DNA of 64,000 nucleotides, taken from positions 11,454 to 75,453 of the forward strand of contig JACKGH010000002.1 in NCBI GenBank assembly GCA_020632075.1, read 5' to 3'. Position numbers and translations under genes: made by a program. The notes under the pieces are model-generated. The model was given only the letters and a program-made list of their open reading frames with translations. It had not been told where the DNA came from and searched no databases. Positions 37,702 through 47,528 of this stretch are shown piece by piece. Source of the DNA: Candidatus Nomurabacteria bacterium (GTDB lineage Bacteria; Patescibacteriota; Minisyncoccia; Phycocordibacterales; UBA918). Position 1 is the first letter of the stretch; every line of letters starts with the position of its first letter.

Positions 37702-38193
37702 CTACGAAAGACGGTGCACGCGGCGGTTAGTGAAGAAGAACTCAAGGAGGGCAGTCGACTTCGCCTGGTCCGGCGAAACGAACAGGTATTGCATCTTGCC
37801 CTTCGGTCCGACATGGATATTTCGGTAAGAATCTTTCTTCCCTTTCTTACCGCGACCATCGCCGCGCCCAAGGATGCTAGCAATCGTCTTGTGAGCATTC
37901 TTTCCCTCGAAGACCAACACACCGACCGGCACTTCAGCCGTGAGCATGCCGACCACCTCCTCACTCGGACTACCGATAGTCTCGAAGAGACGATTCTGTG
38001 AAGACGGAGTGGTGATGTACGCAAAACCACTCTCTACGGTCAGTCTCCGACCACCAGGCATAGTGTCGGCCAGAAACTCGACGTGACTACTCAGACTGTC
38101 GAGCTCCGGTGTCCTGGTAAGAATACCCCTGGCATTCACATTCCGCGGATCGACTTTTGCAATGACGAGAACGACCGCTTTTTGACTGTCCAT
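37702..38193 (-). CDS. Hypothetical protein
   Basis: 163 aa with a C-terminal GRGDGRGKKGKK basic stretch. I did not recognise the family. Confidence 0.35.
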   Translation of the reverse strand: MDSQKAVVLVIAKVDPRNVNARGILTRTPELDSLSSHVEFLADTMPGGRRLTVESGFAYITTPSSQNRLFETIGSPSEEVVGMLTAEVPVGVLVFEGKNAHKTIASILGRGDGRGKKGKKDSYRNIHVGPKGKMQYLFVSPDQAKSTALLEFFFTNRRVHRLS

Positions 38194-38302
38194 TTAGACC
38201 CTCCTTACATAATTGCCTATAGAAATGGCGTTAAAATACAACTTATTCAGAATGAATAATGACATTTTTTTATTAATGTGTCAATATAATCCACCAAACT
38301 AT

Positions 38303-38336
38303 TGACAACGACCATGAGTAATGTATTATGTACGCA
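38303..38336 (+). promoter_or_regulatory. Sigma-70 promoter of the helicase gene
   Basis: TTGACA-16-TATTAT, followed by a ~130-nt structured leader. Confidence 0.5.
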
Positions 38337-38469
38337 CGCTATTGTATCTCGTGTGGGCGCACTGGCGGCAGCTTGGAATGACAAGAAACCTTCCTGTGAC
38401 TGTATTTACTACCGCACGCCCTGAAATGACGCGCTATTGCGCGCCCTTTCTATAAAAGAAATTATTTAG

Positions 38470-39753
38470 ATGCCAACTCAAACTACGCGACGGTCAAGCG
38501 GCCGGCGCACACACGCTGGTTCAGGACGACCTGGATCATCATTTACTCGTAATCGTCGTGGCAACAACCGACGCCATGGTGGAGTCAGTCGCTCTTCTGC
38601 TGGACGAAACCGCAGCGGCAGCCGCTCAGGCGGTGGCCGTAAGCAACCAACGTTCGACCCATCACAATTCATCAACCACAATCCGGTCAATGTGACCGAA
38701 GAGGTGTACGTACCAAAGCACAATTTTGGTGATTTTGGGCTGCATCCACGGATCGTTGGTGCGATCAAAGACATGAAGATCGAGTCACCTTCGCCGATCC
38801 AGGACCAAGTGATCCCACTTATCCTTGATGGCAATGATGTGATCGGTCTCGCTGAAACCGGTACCGGAAAGACTGCTGCGTTTCTCTTGCCGCTCATCCA
38901 AAAGACATTGACGGCGAAGAATCAGCAGACCCTTATCCTCTGCCCTACTCGTGAACTCGCCCTTCAGGTGAAGGCTGAGTTTGTAAAGTTTGGTGGCAAC
39001 TTCAAGCTCTGGGCGACTTGTCTCGTGGGAGGAACCAATATCAACCCACAGATCCGTTCACTGAAGCGTTTCCAACACTTCATCATTGGTACACCCGGGC
39101 GTGTGCTCGACCTTATTGATCGCGGCGACCTCAAGACCGACAAGATCAACAACATCGTCCTCGATGAAGCTGACCGTATGCTCGACATGGGATTCATCCA
39201 TGACATGCGCAAGATCTTGAGTCACGTGACCAATGATCGACAAACTCTCTTTTTCTCAGCTACCATGACCAAAGAGGCTGAAGCGCTAGTGAATGATTTT
39301 ATGATCAAGCCAGTCACTGTCTCAGTGAAGAAAAAAGAAACTGCAAACAGCATCAAACAAGACGTGGTGCCGTTTGATCACGCTCATAAGTTCGATACGT
39401 TGCTTGCACTCCTTGCAAAGGACGAACTCAAGCGCGTCATCATCTTCGGTGCCATGAAGCATAGTGTAGAAAAGCTCTCTAAGGAGCTTTGCAAGCACGG
39501 CATCAAGGCTGAATCGATCCATGGCAACAAGAGTCATGGCCAGCGCCAGAATTCACTCAAGACATTCAAGAGCGGTAATGCTCGTGTGCTCGTCGCCACT
39601 GACGTGGCCGCGCGCGGTATTCATGTCGACAATGTGTCACACGTGATCAACTACGATCTCCCGAACACCTTCGAAGACTACGTACACCGTATTGGTCGTA
39701 CTGGTCGCGGAACCATGCGTGGTGAGGCACTCACTTTTGTGCCAAAGCACTAA
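38470..39753 (+). CDS. DEAD-box ATP-dependent RNA helicase with an N-terminal Arg/Gly-rich extension
   Basis: Q motif, GTGKTAAF, PTRELA, DEAD, SAT and HRIGRTGR. The first ~70 residues are an RGG/RSS-rich low-complexity tract. Confidence 0.9.
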   Translation: MPTQTTRRSSGRRTHAGSGRPGSSFTRNRRGNNRRHGGVSRSSAGRNRSGSRSGGGRKQPTFDPSQFINHNPVNVTEEVYVPKHNFGDFGLHPRIVGAIKDMKIESPSPIQDQVIPLILDGNDVIGLAETGTGKTAAFLLPLIQKTLTAKNQQTLILCPTRELALQVKAEFVKFGGNFKLWATCLVGGTNINPQIRSLKRFQHFIIGTPGRVLDLIDRGDLKTDKINNIVLDEADRMLDMGFIHDMRKILSHVTNDRQTLFFSATMTKEAEALVNDFMIKPVTVSVKKKETANSIKQDVVPFDHAHKFDTLLALLAKDELKRVIIFGAMKHSVEKLSKELCKHGIKAESIHGNKSHGQRQNSLKTFKSGNARVLVATDVAARGIHVDNVSHVINYDLPNTFEDYVHRIGRTGRGTMRGEALTFVPKH

Positions 39754-39763
39754 CTTAAAGAAA

Positions 39764-39800
39764 AAGCGGCGGCTCCCTTCGGGAGCCGCCGCTTTTCTCT
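39764..39800. terminator. Bidirectional terminator, a copy of the one at 33868
   Basis: aaaaaGCGGCGGCTCCCttcgGGGAGCCGCCGCttttc. Confidence 0.7.
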
Positions 39801-39901
39801 CCCGCAAGCAGTGACCACTGCAACTCAGTGGTGTCCTTGCTCAGGGTATTTGTGCTACGGACAACTTCGCTGCAGTGATCACTGTTTGCTCTACGGAAGA
39901 T

Positions 39902-41464
39902 CTACTGCCCCAGCTGATATAGCATTTCCACCTCCTTTGCAGATAGTGCTCGATTGTAAATACGAATATCATCAAGATCACCATCCAGTGCGCCAAATCC
40001 GTTGTACAGGCTACCAATAGATACTTCACCCGTAAAACTAGCTGGGTCTGTACTGAGAGTATCGGTTGTTACCGCATCATCAACATAGAATGTAATAGTC
40101 CAATTACCCGAACTACCGGTACGAACCGCAGCAAAAAAATGCCAGTCTGTATCAGTGACCACAGTACCAGCAGTTGCGTAACTTGAAACATTATTATTCT
40201 GTACCCAATCAAAGGTACCGTCTGTATACCCAAAGAGCAGCTGAAATCTACCCGTTGGCTGCAGTGTGGTTCCACTATGCACAATACCTTGTGTGCTTGT
40301 GAGATTGTCGGTCCTTATCCAACCAGCAATACTCATTTCTCCGGAGAGATCCAACTCCGTCGGTAAACCGAGATCAATTGTGTCGTCAGAGCCATCAAAA
40401 CCCATCGCCTGCCCTAGCTTACCCGGCGTAACAGACCGCGTACTCATCCCACCCTGCGCATCACCATCATTACCATTGCCACTCACATCCTCAATTTCAG
40501 CCGTCGAACTACTCCAGTCAACATCCGGTCCATCGAAGGTCCAGTGGCCGACGAGACCGGTTTGGAGAGAGTCAGGACCAGTTAGGGTGGAAGCCACTTT
40601 CACCCCTTCATTCATACTGTAAAGCTGTTTGACCTCGGTGAAGGAAAGTGTGTGATTGTAAAAATGAAAATCATCTACTGACCCTTTGAAATAATTACCT
40701 GGTGTCCAACGTGAACCGATAGAAAAATAATTAGTTGAGAAGGTGCCACCAAAAGTCTTGTCTTGATACCCAATGTAACTACCATCCACGTATATACGAG
40801 CACGGACTTGGGTTCCATTTATCTGTTCTGAAGTAAAGATAACGTGGTGCCAAGCACCATCCGCCGGAACAACTCCGCTTCCTGTTGTGTACGGAGAGCC
40901 TGAAAATGGATAAAAGTGCAACCTCTCGGTTGACTGTTCAAAGTATACCAACCACAGACCACACCCCTGCCCTTCAAACAATGCCCCGGTTGAAAAATCA
41001 CTATCAGCTTTTATCCACAGAGCAGTCGATCGGTCTCTACTACAACTTTCACTGATCGATCCACTCTTTACCTGATTACTACCCTCAAAGTACATAGCCT
41101 GGCCTATCACTCCCACGACTGGAGAGGTGGTTGCGCTCATTCCTAAAAGCGCGTTCGCATTATTGCTGTTGCCACTTGCATCTTTGACCTCAGAACCTGT
41201 ATCGTTCCAATTAACATCTGGTCCGTCGAAGGTGTAGTGAAGTACGAGACTGTCATTGAGAGAGTTGTTGAAAGGTGTGGTGGAGGTTCTTAGTGTTGCA
41301 GAGACAAAGTTTTGCAGTGGACCAAGCAGCAGATACACCCCTCCTGCCAACAGCATTAAAATAAGCAAATACTTGCCATAGGAAACGGAGCGCGGATCGA
41401 AATCTGCTTGAGTAGACATGGTGGAATTATAGCAGATGGCCGGCGCCCGAAGGGCGCCGGTCAT
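39902..41464 (-). CDS. Secreted/membrane-anchored protein with two LamG-like (concanavalin A-like lectin) domains
   Basis: Two homologous halves (LVLHYTFDGPDVNWNDTGSEVKDASGNSNNA... and LVGHWTFDGPDVDWSSSTAEIEDVSGNGNDG...) of Laminin_G_3 type. N-terminal signal anchor. Confidence 0.65.
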   Translation of the reverse strand: MTGALRAPAICYNSTMSTQADFDPRSVSYGKYLLILMLLAGGVYLLLGPLQNFVSATLRTSTTPFNNSLNDSLVLHYTFDGPDVNWNDTGSEVKDASGNSNNANALLGMSATTSPVVGVIGQAMYFEGSNQVKSGSISESCSRDRSTALWIKADSDFSTGALFEGQGCGLWLVYFEQSTERLHFYPFSGSPYTTGSGVVPADGAWHHVIFTSEQINGTQVRARIYVDGSYIGYQDKTFGGTFSTNYFSIGSRWTPGNYFKGSVDDFHFYNHTLSFTEVKQLYSMNEGVKVASTLTGPDSLQTGLVGHWTFDGPDVDWSSSTAEIEDVSGNGNDGDAQGGMSTRSVTPGKLGQAMGFDGSDDTIDLGLPTELDLSGEMSIAGWIRTDNLTSTQGIVHSGTTLQPTGRFQLLFGYTDGTFDWVQNNNVSSYATAGTVVTDTDWHFFAAVRTGSSGNWTITFYVDDAVTTDTLSTDPASFTGEVSIGSLYNGFGALDGDLDDIRIYNRALSAKEVEMLYQLGQ

Positions 41465-41467
41465 CTG

Positions 41468-41956
41468 CTACTTCAGGTAACTATCAAAATAGATCGCATG
41501 GCAGGTATAACCGCCTGGGTTCTTCTCCAGATAATCCTGATGATACTCTTCAGCCGGCCAGAAGCGCCGCAGCGGCTCGAGGGTGGTCACCACCGGATCA
41601 GGCCAGCGCTCTGACTCATTTACAACATTGATCATTTCTTCAGCGATCCTCTTCTCTTCATCATTCGCATAGAAGATCGCCGACCGATATGAAGTGCCAC
41701 GGTCATTGCCCTGCTGATTGAATGTGGTTGGATTGTGGATCTGGAAGAAGAAATCCAGGAGGTGTTTGTAGTCAATCTTTTCAGGATCGTACTCGATCTC
41801 TACCGCCTCGGCATGGCCGGGGTGATGCTCATACGTCGGATTATCATTTTCTCCCCCACAGTACCCCACTTCTGTATTCACCACCCCCGATTGGGTGCGG
41901 ATTAAGTCTTCGAGTCCCCAAAAGCAGCCTCCGGCCAAAACACTTTTCTTTGTCAT
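41468..41956 (-). CDS. msrA: Peptide methionine (S)-S-oxide reductase
   Basis: [12 protein letters not shown] active site, GYCGG, and [11 protein letters not shown]. Confidence 0.9.
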   Translation of the reverse strand: MTKKSVLAGGCFWGLEDLIRTQSGVVNTEVGYCGGENDNPTYEHHPGHAEAVEIEYDPEKIDYKHLLDFFFQIHNPTTFNQQGNDRGTSYRSAIFYANDEEKRIAEEMINVVNESERWPDPVVTTLEPLRRFWPAEEYHQDYLEKNPGGYTCHAIYFDSYLK

Positions 41957-42103
41957 ACGATCTTCGACTCCTTACAGGAGCTGTACACCTTGTCGCCCGT
42001 TTGTTTCCTTACGTCACAAACGTGCTGGCAAGGTCTTGCGAAAGCCTCCCAGGCTTTCTCACCCCCAAAGCGCCCGCCAGCTAACACAGCTTTCCTAGTC
42101 ATG
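41953..42103 (-). pseudogene. Duplicated 5' fragment of msrA (remnant, or leader ORF)
   Basis: MTRKAVLAGGRFGG echoes [14 protein letters not shown]. About 40 nt upstream of each start codon are also similar at the DNA level. The fragment runs into the msrA start. Confidence 0.35.
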
Positions 42104-42112
42104 TTTTTTAAT

Positions 42113-42388
42113 TTAGTCTTGTAAATGCTCTTTGAAGTATTGCTTGATGAGTTCAATATCATCAGTTTCTAGTACGTGCTTATCTGGATTTTGCTGCAGC
42201 CAATCCATCGCCGCATCAAATTCAGCTTGGCTGATGCCACTTTCTTCGCCCGGTTCGTAGAGGTCAGCTCGAAACAGTTTTTCGACTTCGTTCCGTTCAT
42301 CTTCATCGAGTTTGCCGTAGAGACGCTGCATGATCTCGCGCATCTCCTCTGGTCGCACCCGTTTTGGTAGCTTCGTAAAAAATCCCAT
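42113..42388 (-). CDS. Small hypothetical acidic protein
   Basis: 91 aa with no motif. Confidence 0.4.
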   Translation of the reverse strand: MGFFTKLPKRVRPEEMREIMQRLYGKLDEDERNEVEKLFRADLYEPGEESGISQAEFDAAMDWLQQNPDKHVLETDDIELIKQYFKEHLQD

Positions 42389-42412
42389 ATGAAGATATTG
42401 TACTACAACGAA

Positions 42413-42445
42413 AACAGCCGGCGCCCCGAAGGGGCGCCGGCTGTT
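42413..42445. terminator. Bidirectional terminator
   Basis: GCCGGCGCCCCgaagGGGCGCCGGCtgttttc. Confidence 0.65.
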
Positions 42446-42455
42446 TTCTTATTCA

Positions 42456-42851
42456 CTACTCGGTCGTAGTGCCATCAAAATGTTCTTCGACCGCTTCAAC
42501 TTTGGTTGCGTGTAGTGTTCCTTCTTTGTGCTCCGGCGGTGTGTAGATCGTGTACAACTTGAGCAACTCACTGTCTGAAGTGTTGATCACGTTATGATTC
42601 GCTCCTGACGGCACGATCACCGAGTCGCCATCACCCACTTCATACTCAGATTCATTTACGATCACTTTTCCGACCCCTTCCTCAAAGCGGAAGAACTGGT
42701 CATGGCCATCGTGCACTTCAGCACCGATCTCTTCACCTGGCTGCAGGGTCATGAGTACGAGCTGCATCTTCTCGCCGGTATACAACACCTTTCGGAAGTT
42801 GGTGTTTTCAGTTGTTAAATCTTCAATATTTCCAAAATATCCTTTTTTCAT
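42456..42851 (-). CDS. Cupin-domain protein
   Basis: Two-motif cupin pattern (G..E.H.H......F.G.G and P.G..H...N). Confidence 0.75.
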   Translation of the reverse strand: MKKGYFGNIEDLTTENTNFRKVLYTGEKMQLVLMTLQPGEEIGAEVHDGHDQFFRFEEGVGKVIVNESEYEVGDGDSVIVPSGANHNVINTSDSELLKLYTIYTPPEHKEGTLHATKVEAVEEHFDGTTTE

Positions 42852-43037
42852 AGTTTCGATATTACCTGAATTGTTGAGCTAGTTATTCTGAGCGTCCGCG
42901 GGGACTCAGTGCTACACCGAGTTTGTGAACATCGGAGCGTGTGAAGAATGACTAGCTCAACAATTAGCTACACTGATAAACAGTCAAGACAACTGTCTCA
43001 CACCTCTAGTACTCGTGCAAGCAAACGATTCTTTCAG

Positions 43038-44012
43038 TTACTTTGGCAACACTGGGTTTGGCACATCGTGACCAAGGAAGAATTCATTGATGTTGTATGC
43101 CACCAGCTCAGACATCTTACCGCGCGTCTCTTCACTGGCTGATGCGATATGTGGCGTCAGTACGACATTATCGAGCTTCGCAAGACCCGGTGCGAGCTTT
43201 GGTTCATCCTCAAATACATCAAGTCCAGCACCGCGGATCACCTTAGCCTTGAGTGCCTTCACGAGCGCTTTTTCGTCCACCACCGGACCGCGCGAGGTGT
43301 TGATCAGGTATGCAGACGACTTCATCATCGCGAGTCGTTCAGCATTGATCAGGTGCTTGGTTGCTGGCAAGAGTGGCACATGGACTGATACCACATCAGC
43401 CACCTGCAGTAGTTCATCGAGGGATTCATAATACTCACACGCCACATCGGCTTCGAGTGCTTCTGAGCGTGCAATGTCGTAGTACTTCACCTTCATACCA
43501 AAACCATTCGCGAGGCGCTTCGCCACTCCCGAACCGATCCGACCAGCACCCACGATTCCAAGCGTCTTACCCATCAAGTCGCTACCAAGGAGCAGCTCCG
43601 GCGCCCAACCTTTGTACTTCCCAGCGCGTGTAAATTTGTCTGCTTCAGGAATGCGCTTGGCGAGCGATAAGATCAATGAAACTGCGTATTCAGCCACCGT
43701 GTCAGTGAGTACCCCTGGTGTGTTGGTGATCGTGATACCAGCTTCAGTGAGACCTTTTACATCAATATTATTGAAACCAACGGCGTAGTTAGCCACGATC
43801 TTCGCCTGCGGCGCGGCCGACAGTATATCCATATTGATGGTATCAGTGAGCAACGAGACCACACCATCGTACGGCCGCGCCGCAAGTGCCTTTTTGAGTT
43901 CTGTTTCGGTAAGAACTCCATCCTTTTCACTGACCACCACTTCGTGACCACCGTCACGCATCCAATCCAAACCGATGTCAGGAATTTTTCGAGTAACAAA
44001 GATCAACGCCAT
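43038..44012 (-). CDS. D-isomer-specific 2-hydroxyacid dehydrogenase (glycerate/hydroxypyruvate reductase-like)
   Basis: NAD-binding GIVGAGRIGSGVAKRL and catalytic R/E/H residues. Confidence 0.9.
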   Translation of the reverse strand: MALIFVTRKIPDIGLDWMRDGGHEVVVSEKDGVLTETELKKALAARPYDGVVSLLTDTINMDILSAAPQAKIVANYAVGFNNIDVKGLTEAGITITNTPGVLTDTVAEYAVSLILSLAKRIPEADKFTRAGKYKGWAPELLLGSDLMGKTLGIVGAGRIGSGVAKRLANGFGMKVKYYDIARSEALEADVACEYYESLDELLQVADVVSVHVPLLPATKHLINAERLAMMKSSAYLINTSRGPVVDEKALVKALKAKVIRGAGLDVFEDEPKLAPGLAKLDNVVLTPHIASASEETRGKMSELVAYNINEFFLGHDVPNPVLPK

Positions 44013-44050
44013 ATGCTAATAGAACATTACCAATATGCACATATAGTAGC

Positions 44051-44857
44051 ATGTCAGGAAGTCATAAGAACCCAACTGCGCACAATCCACATTCCTCTGC
44101 CCAAAGTATCGACACAAGCGCGTATGATACATATATAAGCAACACCAACATGACATACAAATCACTCACTATTACACATTGGATCGCACTCGGCCTCGCA
44201 GTTGTCGGTATCGTTTTCGTCAGTCTGTATTTCACCAAAGCTGAAGCAGTCTACAACCGCAGCGTCGGAACCTTATCAATAAATAAATTCTTCCCAGCAG
44301 CTGAAGAAGAATCAGTAACACTTTCATTTAGTGGTGTTATTGGTCTTGAAAGCATCGCTGATTTTTCAGGCTGGACACTACAAAACGCAGACGGGGGTTT
44401 CGTATACGACCTATCACAAGTGTATCTATCAAATACAGAACCAATTAAGCTTTGCGCAGAAACCTCAGCTGATCCAAACTGTAACTATCACTGGACCGGC
44501 GACGATGTCTTTAACAATGACGGTGATTCACTACGCGTTCTCGCTCATGACGGCACCACCATTGCTACCCTTAGCTACGACAGTACGAGCGCATTTCCTC
44601 TTAACGGTAGCGGCGACTATATCGCGACTGTCTACTCAACTGGCGACAAGATCACTGTTTGTGACACCCATAAAAACGGCACCATCCGAAAACGAAACCT
44701 AAATATCAAACAACTCATTCACGATCAAGAAGACGATGTTGCAGCAGGTGCAGATATCATTCCGCCATTTGTTTACGAGAACAATAAAAAACTCGGATAT
44801 CATCCCGGAGTGAATTGGCCCGCTGGTGCCGAAATCCTCGCAAATGACTGCCAATAA
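44051..44857 (+). CDS. Membrane-anchored lamin-tail-domain (LTD)-like protein
   Basis: His/Ser-rich N-terminus, transmembrane helix, then SINKFFP...ESVTLSF...GWTLQNADGGFVYDLS...NNDGDSLRVLAHDGTTIATLSY, matching the LTD beta-sandwich pattern. Confidence 0.5.
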   Translation: MSGSHKNPTAHNPHSSAQSIDTSAYDTYISNTNMTYKSLTITHWIALGLAVVGIVFVSLYFTKAEAVYNRSVGTLSINKFFPAAEEESVTLSFSGVIGLESIADFSGWTLQNADGGFVYDLSQVYLSNTEPIKLCAETSADPNCNYHWTGDDVFNNDGDSLRVLAHDGTTIATLSYDSTSAFPLNGSGDYIATVYSTGDKITVCDTHKNGTIRKRNLNIKQLIHDQEDDVAAGADIIPPFVYENNKKLGYHPGVNWPAGAEILANDCQ

Positions 44858-45598
44858 TTAACCGATCGGTCTGATCTCAATATAGCGCTGCTTCCAGGCC
44901 CGTTTGAATTTATCGACGGTGAGCGAACCGCCCCCCGTGGGCTCAGCCGGATCGTTGTAGTACACGAGTCCGTCTTGCACTGCTGTCACCACTACTAGAT
45001 GTGGGATCGGATTTGTTGGTTCAAAAGTGTAGTGGACAGACGCCAAGACTGGACCTTCACGAACCACGTCAGCAAATGACGCAAACGCTTCTGCTACACT
45101 GAGCCCTGCCAGACTAACACTTGAACCAGCGAGTCCGTACGGTCGAGCTAAGTCAATGAGTCCCGCGTGGGTCCAACCCGCATCAGAAAGAAATGATCCG
45201 GCTGCGATCCCTTTTGCTAAAAGTACATCAGGCACCGGCGTCAATTCAGAATAGTAATCAATAACCATCGCGACACTTGCTATCCCGCATGAGACCTTTT
45301 TCCATTCTGGAGCAGTGATGTCTGTAAATTGTGAATAAAATGGCACCTCAGGAACTGGTGTGACTGGTTCTGTAATTGAAACTTCTGCAATTGTCTCAAC
45401 CGGCGGCACCTCAGCTACTTGAAGCGGCTGCACACCAACTGTCATGTATGAGCCGATCAGCTCCGCCGGTGGAACTTCAGGCACAGACACAAAAACAGCT
45501 GCGCCATACAATGCGCCAGCTAATGCTACCAAAAGAACGGATATTCTTTCTGATCTCAAAACAGCGCCAGTGTAGCGCGACCTAAAATATAGACACAA
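44858..45598 (-). CDS. Peptidase C39-like (papain-fold) domain protein, membrane-anchored
   Basis: SCGIASVAMVIDYY resembles the C39_2 catalytic Cys region, with a downstream His (HLVVVTA). Confidence 0.55.
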   Translation of the reverse strand: MCLYFRSRYTGAVLRSERISVLLVALAGALYGAAVFVSVPEVPPAELIGSYMTVGVQPLQVAEVPPVETIAEVSITEPVTPVPEVPFYSQFTDITAPEWKKVSCGIASVAMVIDYYSELTPVPDVLLAKGIAAGSFLSDAGWTHAGLIDLARPYGLAGSSVSLAGLSVAEAFASFADVVREGPVLASVHYTFEPTNPIPHLVVVTAVQDGLVYYNDPAEPTGGGSLTVDKFKRAWKQRYIEIRPIG

Positions 45599-45613
45599 GC
45601 AACTTACTATTGC

Positions 45614-46552
45614 TTAATCTTTTACGATCACCGTTGTACCCAATTCAGCCCAGTTATACAGCGTATGTGCAGTGTCTGGCGGAAGATTGACACAGCCATG
45701 AGAATATTGTGAACCAAAACTATTGTGCCAATACGCTCCATGGATCACTGCCCCACCCTCAGTAAAATACAAATTCCAAGGTACTCCGGGCAGATCATAT
45801 ACTTGTTGATCGATCAGATTTGGAAGCGGACCCTGCATGTAGCGACTTGGCGTTTTTTTGTAGATCGTAAAAGTCCCTCGCGGTGTCGGAGTAAGTTCCA
45901 ATCCGGTTGAAATATTAGCTTCCATGAACAATTCACTCCCCTCAAACGCATAGAGTTTTTGCTCTGATCGATCGACTGTGATCACTTTCTGCGTACTCGT
46001 TGAGTAGTCATGTTCCCAGATGGTCTTATCACCCTCATCAAGCAAGACCTTTACGTAGTCAGCTGAAATGTACCAATCTCCCTGCAACCGTTCTGGATAG
46101 CGCAACCATTCGTCGAAGACGATCTTGTACCAGGTCGAACTCGCATGTTCGACCATACCACCCACCTTGAGCACTACCCCATTACGGACACTTGCCACAA
46201 CTGGATACTCCGGACCAGGACCAGAACGTACCCGCAAGCACTCACCTTCAAAATGAGGACCACAACTGTCGAGCACTTCGACATATTCAAAGAGCACCCG
46301 TTCGATCGGTAATAATACTGGTGCCGCATCTGTCGAGGTAGCTTCGATGACCACCACTTCTTCTGATCCTAAAAATGGCGAATCAGGAGCAGCAAAGTCA
46401 TCTAAATAGACGATCGGTGATGTAGAACTGTTCGTATCAGTCTGTGACGACCCCCAAAAACCACCTACCTTGAATAACACAGCAAGCAGAAAGAGTACCA
46501 ATACTGAAAGTATGAAAATAGTTCGATTCGCCTGTCGTTCAGAAAGCGGCAT
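45614..46552 (-). CDS. L,D-transpeptidase (YkuD domain) with an N-terminal SH3-like region
   Basis: Catalytic HGAYWHNSFGSQYSHGCVNL motif and an N-terminal transmembrane anchor. Confidence 0.8.
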   Translation of the reverse strand: MPLSERQANRTIFILSVLVLFLLAVLFKVGGFWGSSQTDTNSSTSPIVYLDDFAAPDSPFLGSEEVVVIEATSTDAAPVLLPIERVLFEYVEVLDSCGPHFEGECLRVRSGPGPEYPVVASVRNGVVLKVGGMVEHASSTWYKIVFDEWLRYPERLQGDWYISADYVKVLLDEGDKTIWEHDYSTSTQKVITVDRSEQKLYAFEGSELFMEANISTGLELTPTPRGTFTIYKKTPSRYMQGPLPNLIDQQVYDLPGVPWNLYFTEGGAVIHGAYWHNSFGSQYSHGCVNLPPDTAHTLYNWAELGTTVIVKD

Positions 46553-46645
46553 ACTTGTAAGTATACGGCACTGTCTAAGCTACTCGCAATTCAGGTGGGT
46601 GCAAAAAGGCCGCGCGAAGCGCGGCCGATACAAACTGACGATCTC

Positions 46646-47257
46646 TCAAGTGATCACTTCACGGACGCGTAGCCCGATCGAAGCATAATCAGGAGCAAAC
46701 CAATCGATCCGAACCCGACAATGATCCGCATCCCAACCAAACCCTGGCGTGAACGACCCAGTAGTCTGGGTGCCGGTACACAACGTTATACAGTCTGCAT
46801 CGAGATGTTTTCCATTGTATCGATAATAGAACAATTCCAGCAATAGTCGCTCCAACAAGGTTATCCCTGGTATGAGACTTTGTCGAACGTGCACAGCCGA
46901 CTTCTTCTGGTGCTCAAAGTCTGCTTCGAACCGTTTCCGAACCCAGATCGCATACGGACCCTCAGCTCGTCGCCAATCATCGATCAGCGGAACTTCTGAC
47001 AGATCGCGATCTGGTGAATCGATAGGAAACTCTTGATCCATAAGATCGATACACTCAAGCAGTGTGATCGATGGAACCACGATCAGCTGGGCGAATCGTG
47101 GATTGAAAATCGGCAGTCGAACATCTGAGACGCTGCATTCTACCTGCAGGTCATCGAAGATCTGCTGCCAGAGCAACTGTTGCATGGCAATGTCGTTTTC
47201 ATGACCACCATCGATCAGGGTCATGGTTCTCCCCGTAAACGCAAATTGTTGTGCCAA
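46646..47257 (-). CDS. Hypothetical protein
   Basis: 203-aa ORF. A minus-strand terminator GGCCGCGCgaagCGCGGCC lies at 46603-46627. No motif. Confidence 0.45.
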   Translation of the reverse strand: MAQQFAFTGRTMTLIDGGHENDIAMQQLLWQQIFDDLQVECSVSDVRLPIFNPRFAQLIVVPSITLLECIDLMDQEFPIDSPDRDLSEVPLIDDWRRAEGPYAIWVRKRFEADFEHQKKSAVHVRQSLIPGITLLERLLLELFYYRYNGKHLDADCITLCTGTQTTGSFTPGFGWDADHCRVRIDWFAPDYASIGLRVREVIT

Positions 47258-47528
47258 GTTTAATTCCCTTCTTGAGTCAAATTGTAGTACAAAGAACGAT
47301 CACCAGCGTAGTGCTGATGAGCCACTACTTTGCGCTTTTTCCCCGACCTTGTAAAGAATACTAAAACCGTACCTGTGTATAAGGTTGTGGAAAAGTTGTT
47401 GAATAAAGCTTTATAAACTAGCTAAAATCTGTGGAAACTCATGGAAATACACACCAAAACTGTTGACAAACCTGTGTATAAGTCATTGAATAGGAATACG
47501 TAGGCAAAACGACTTGAGGAGACCTGCG

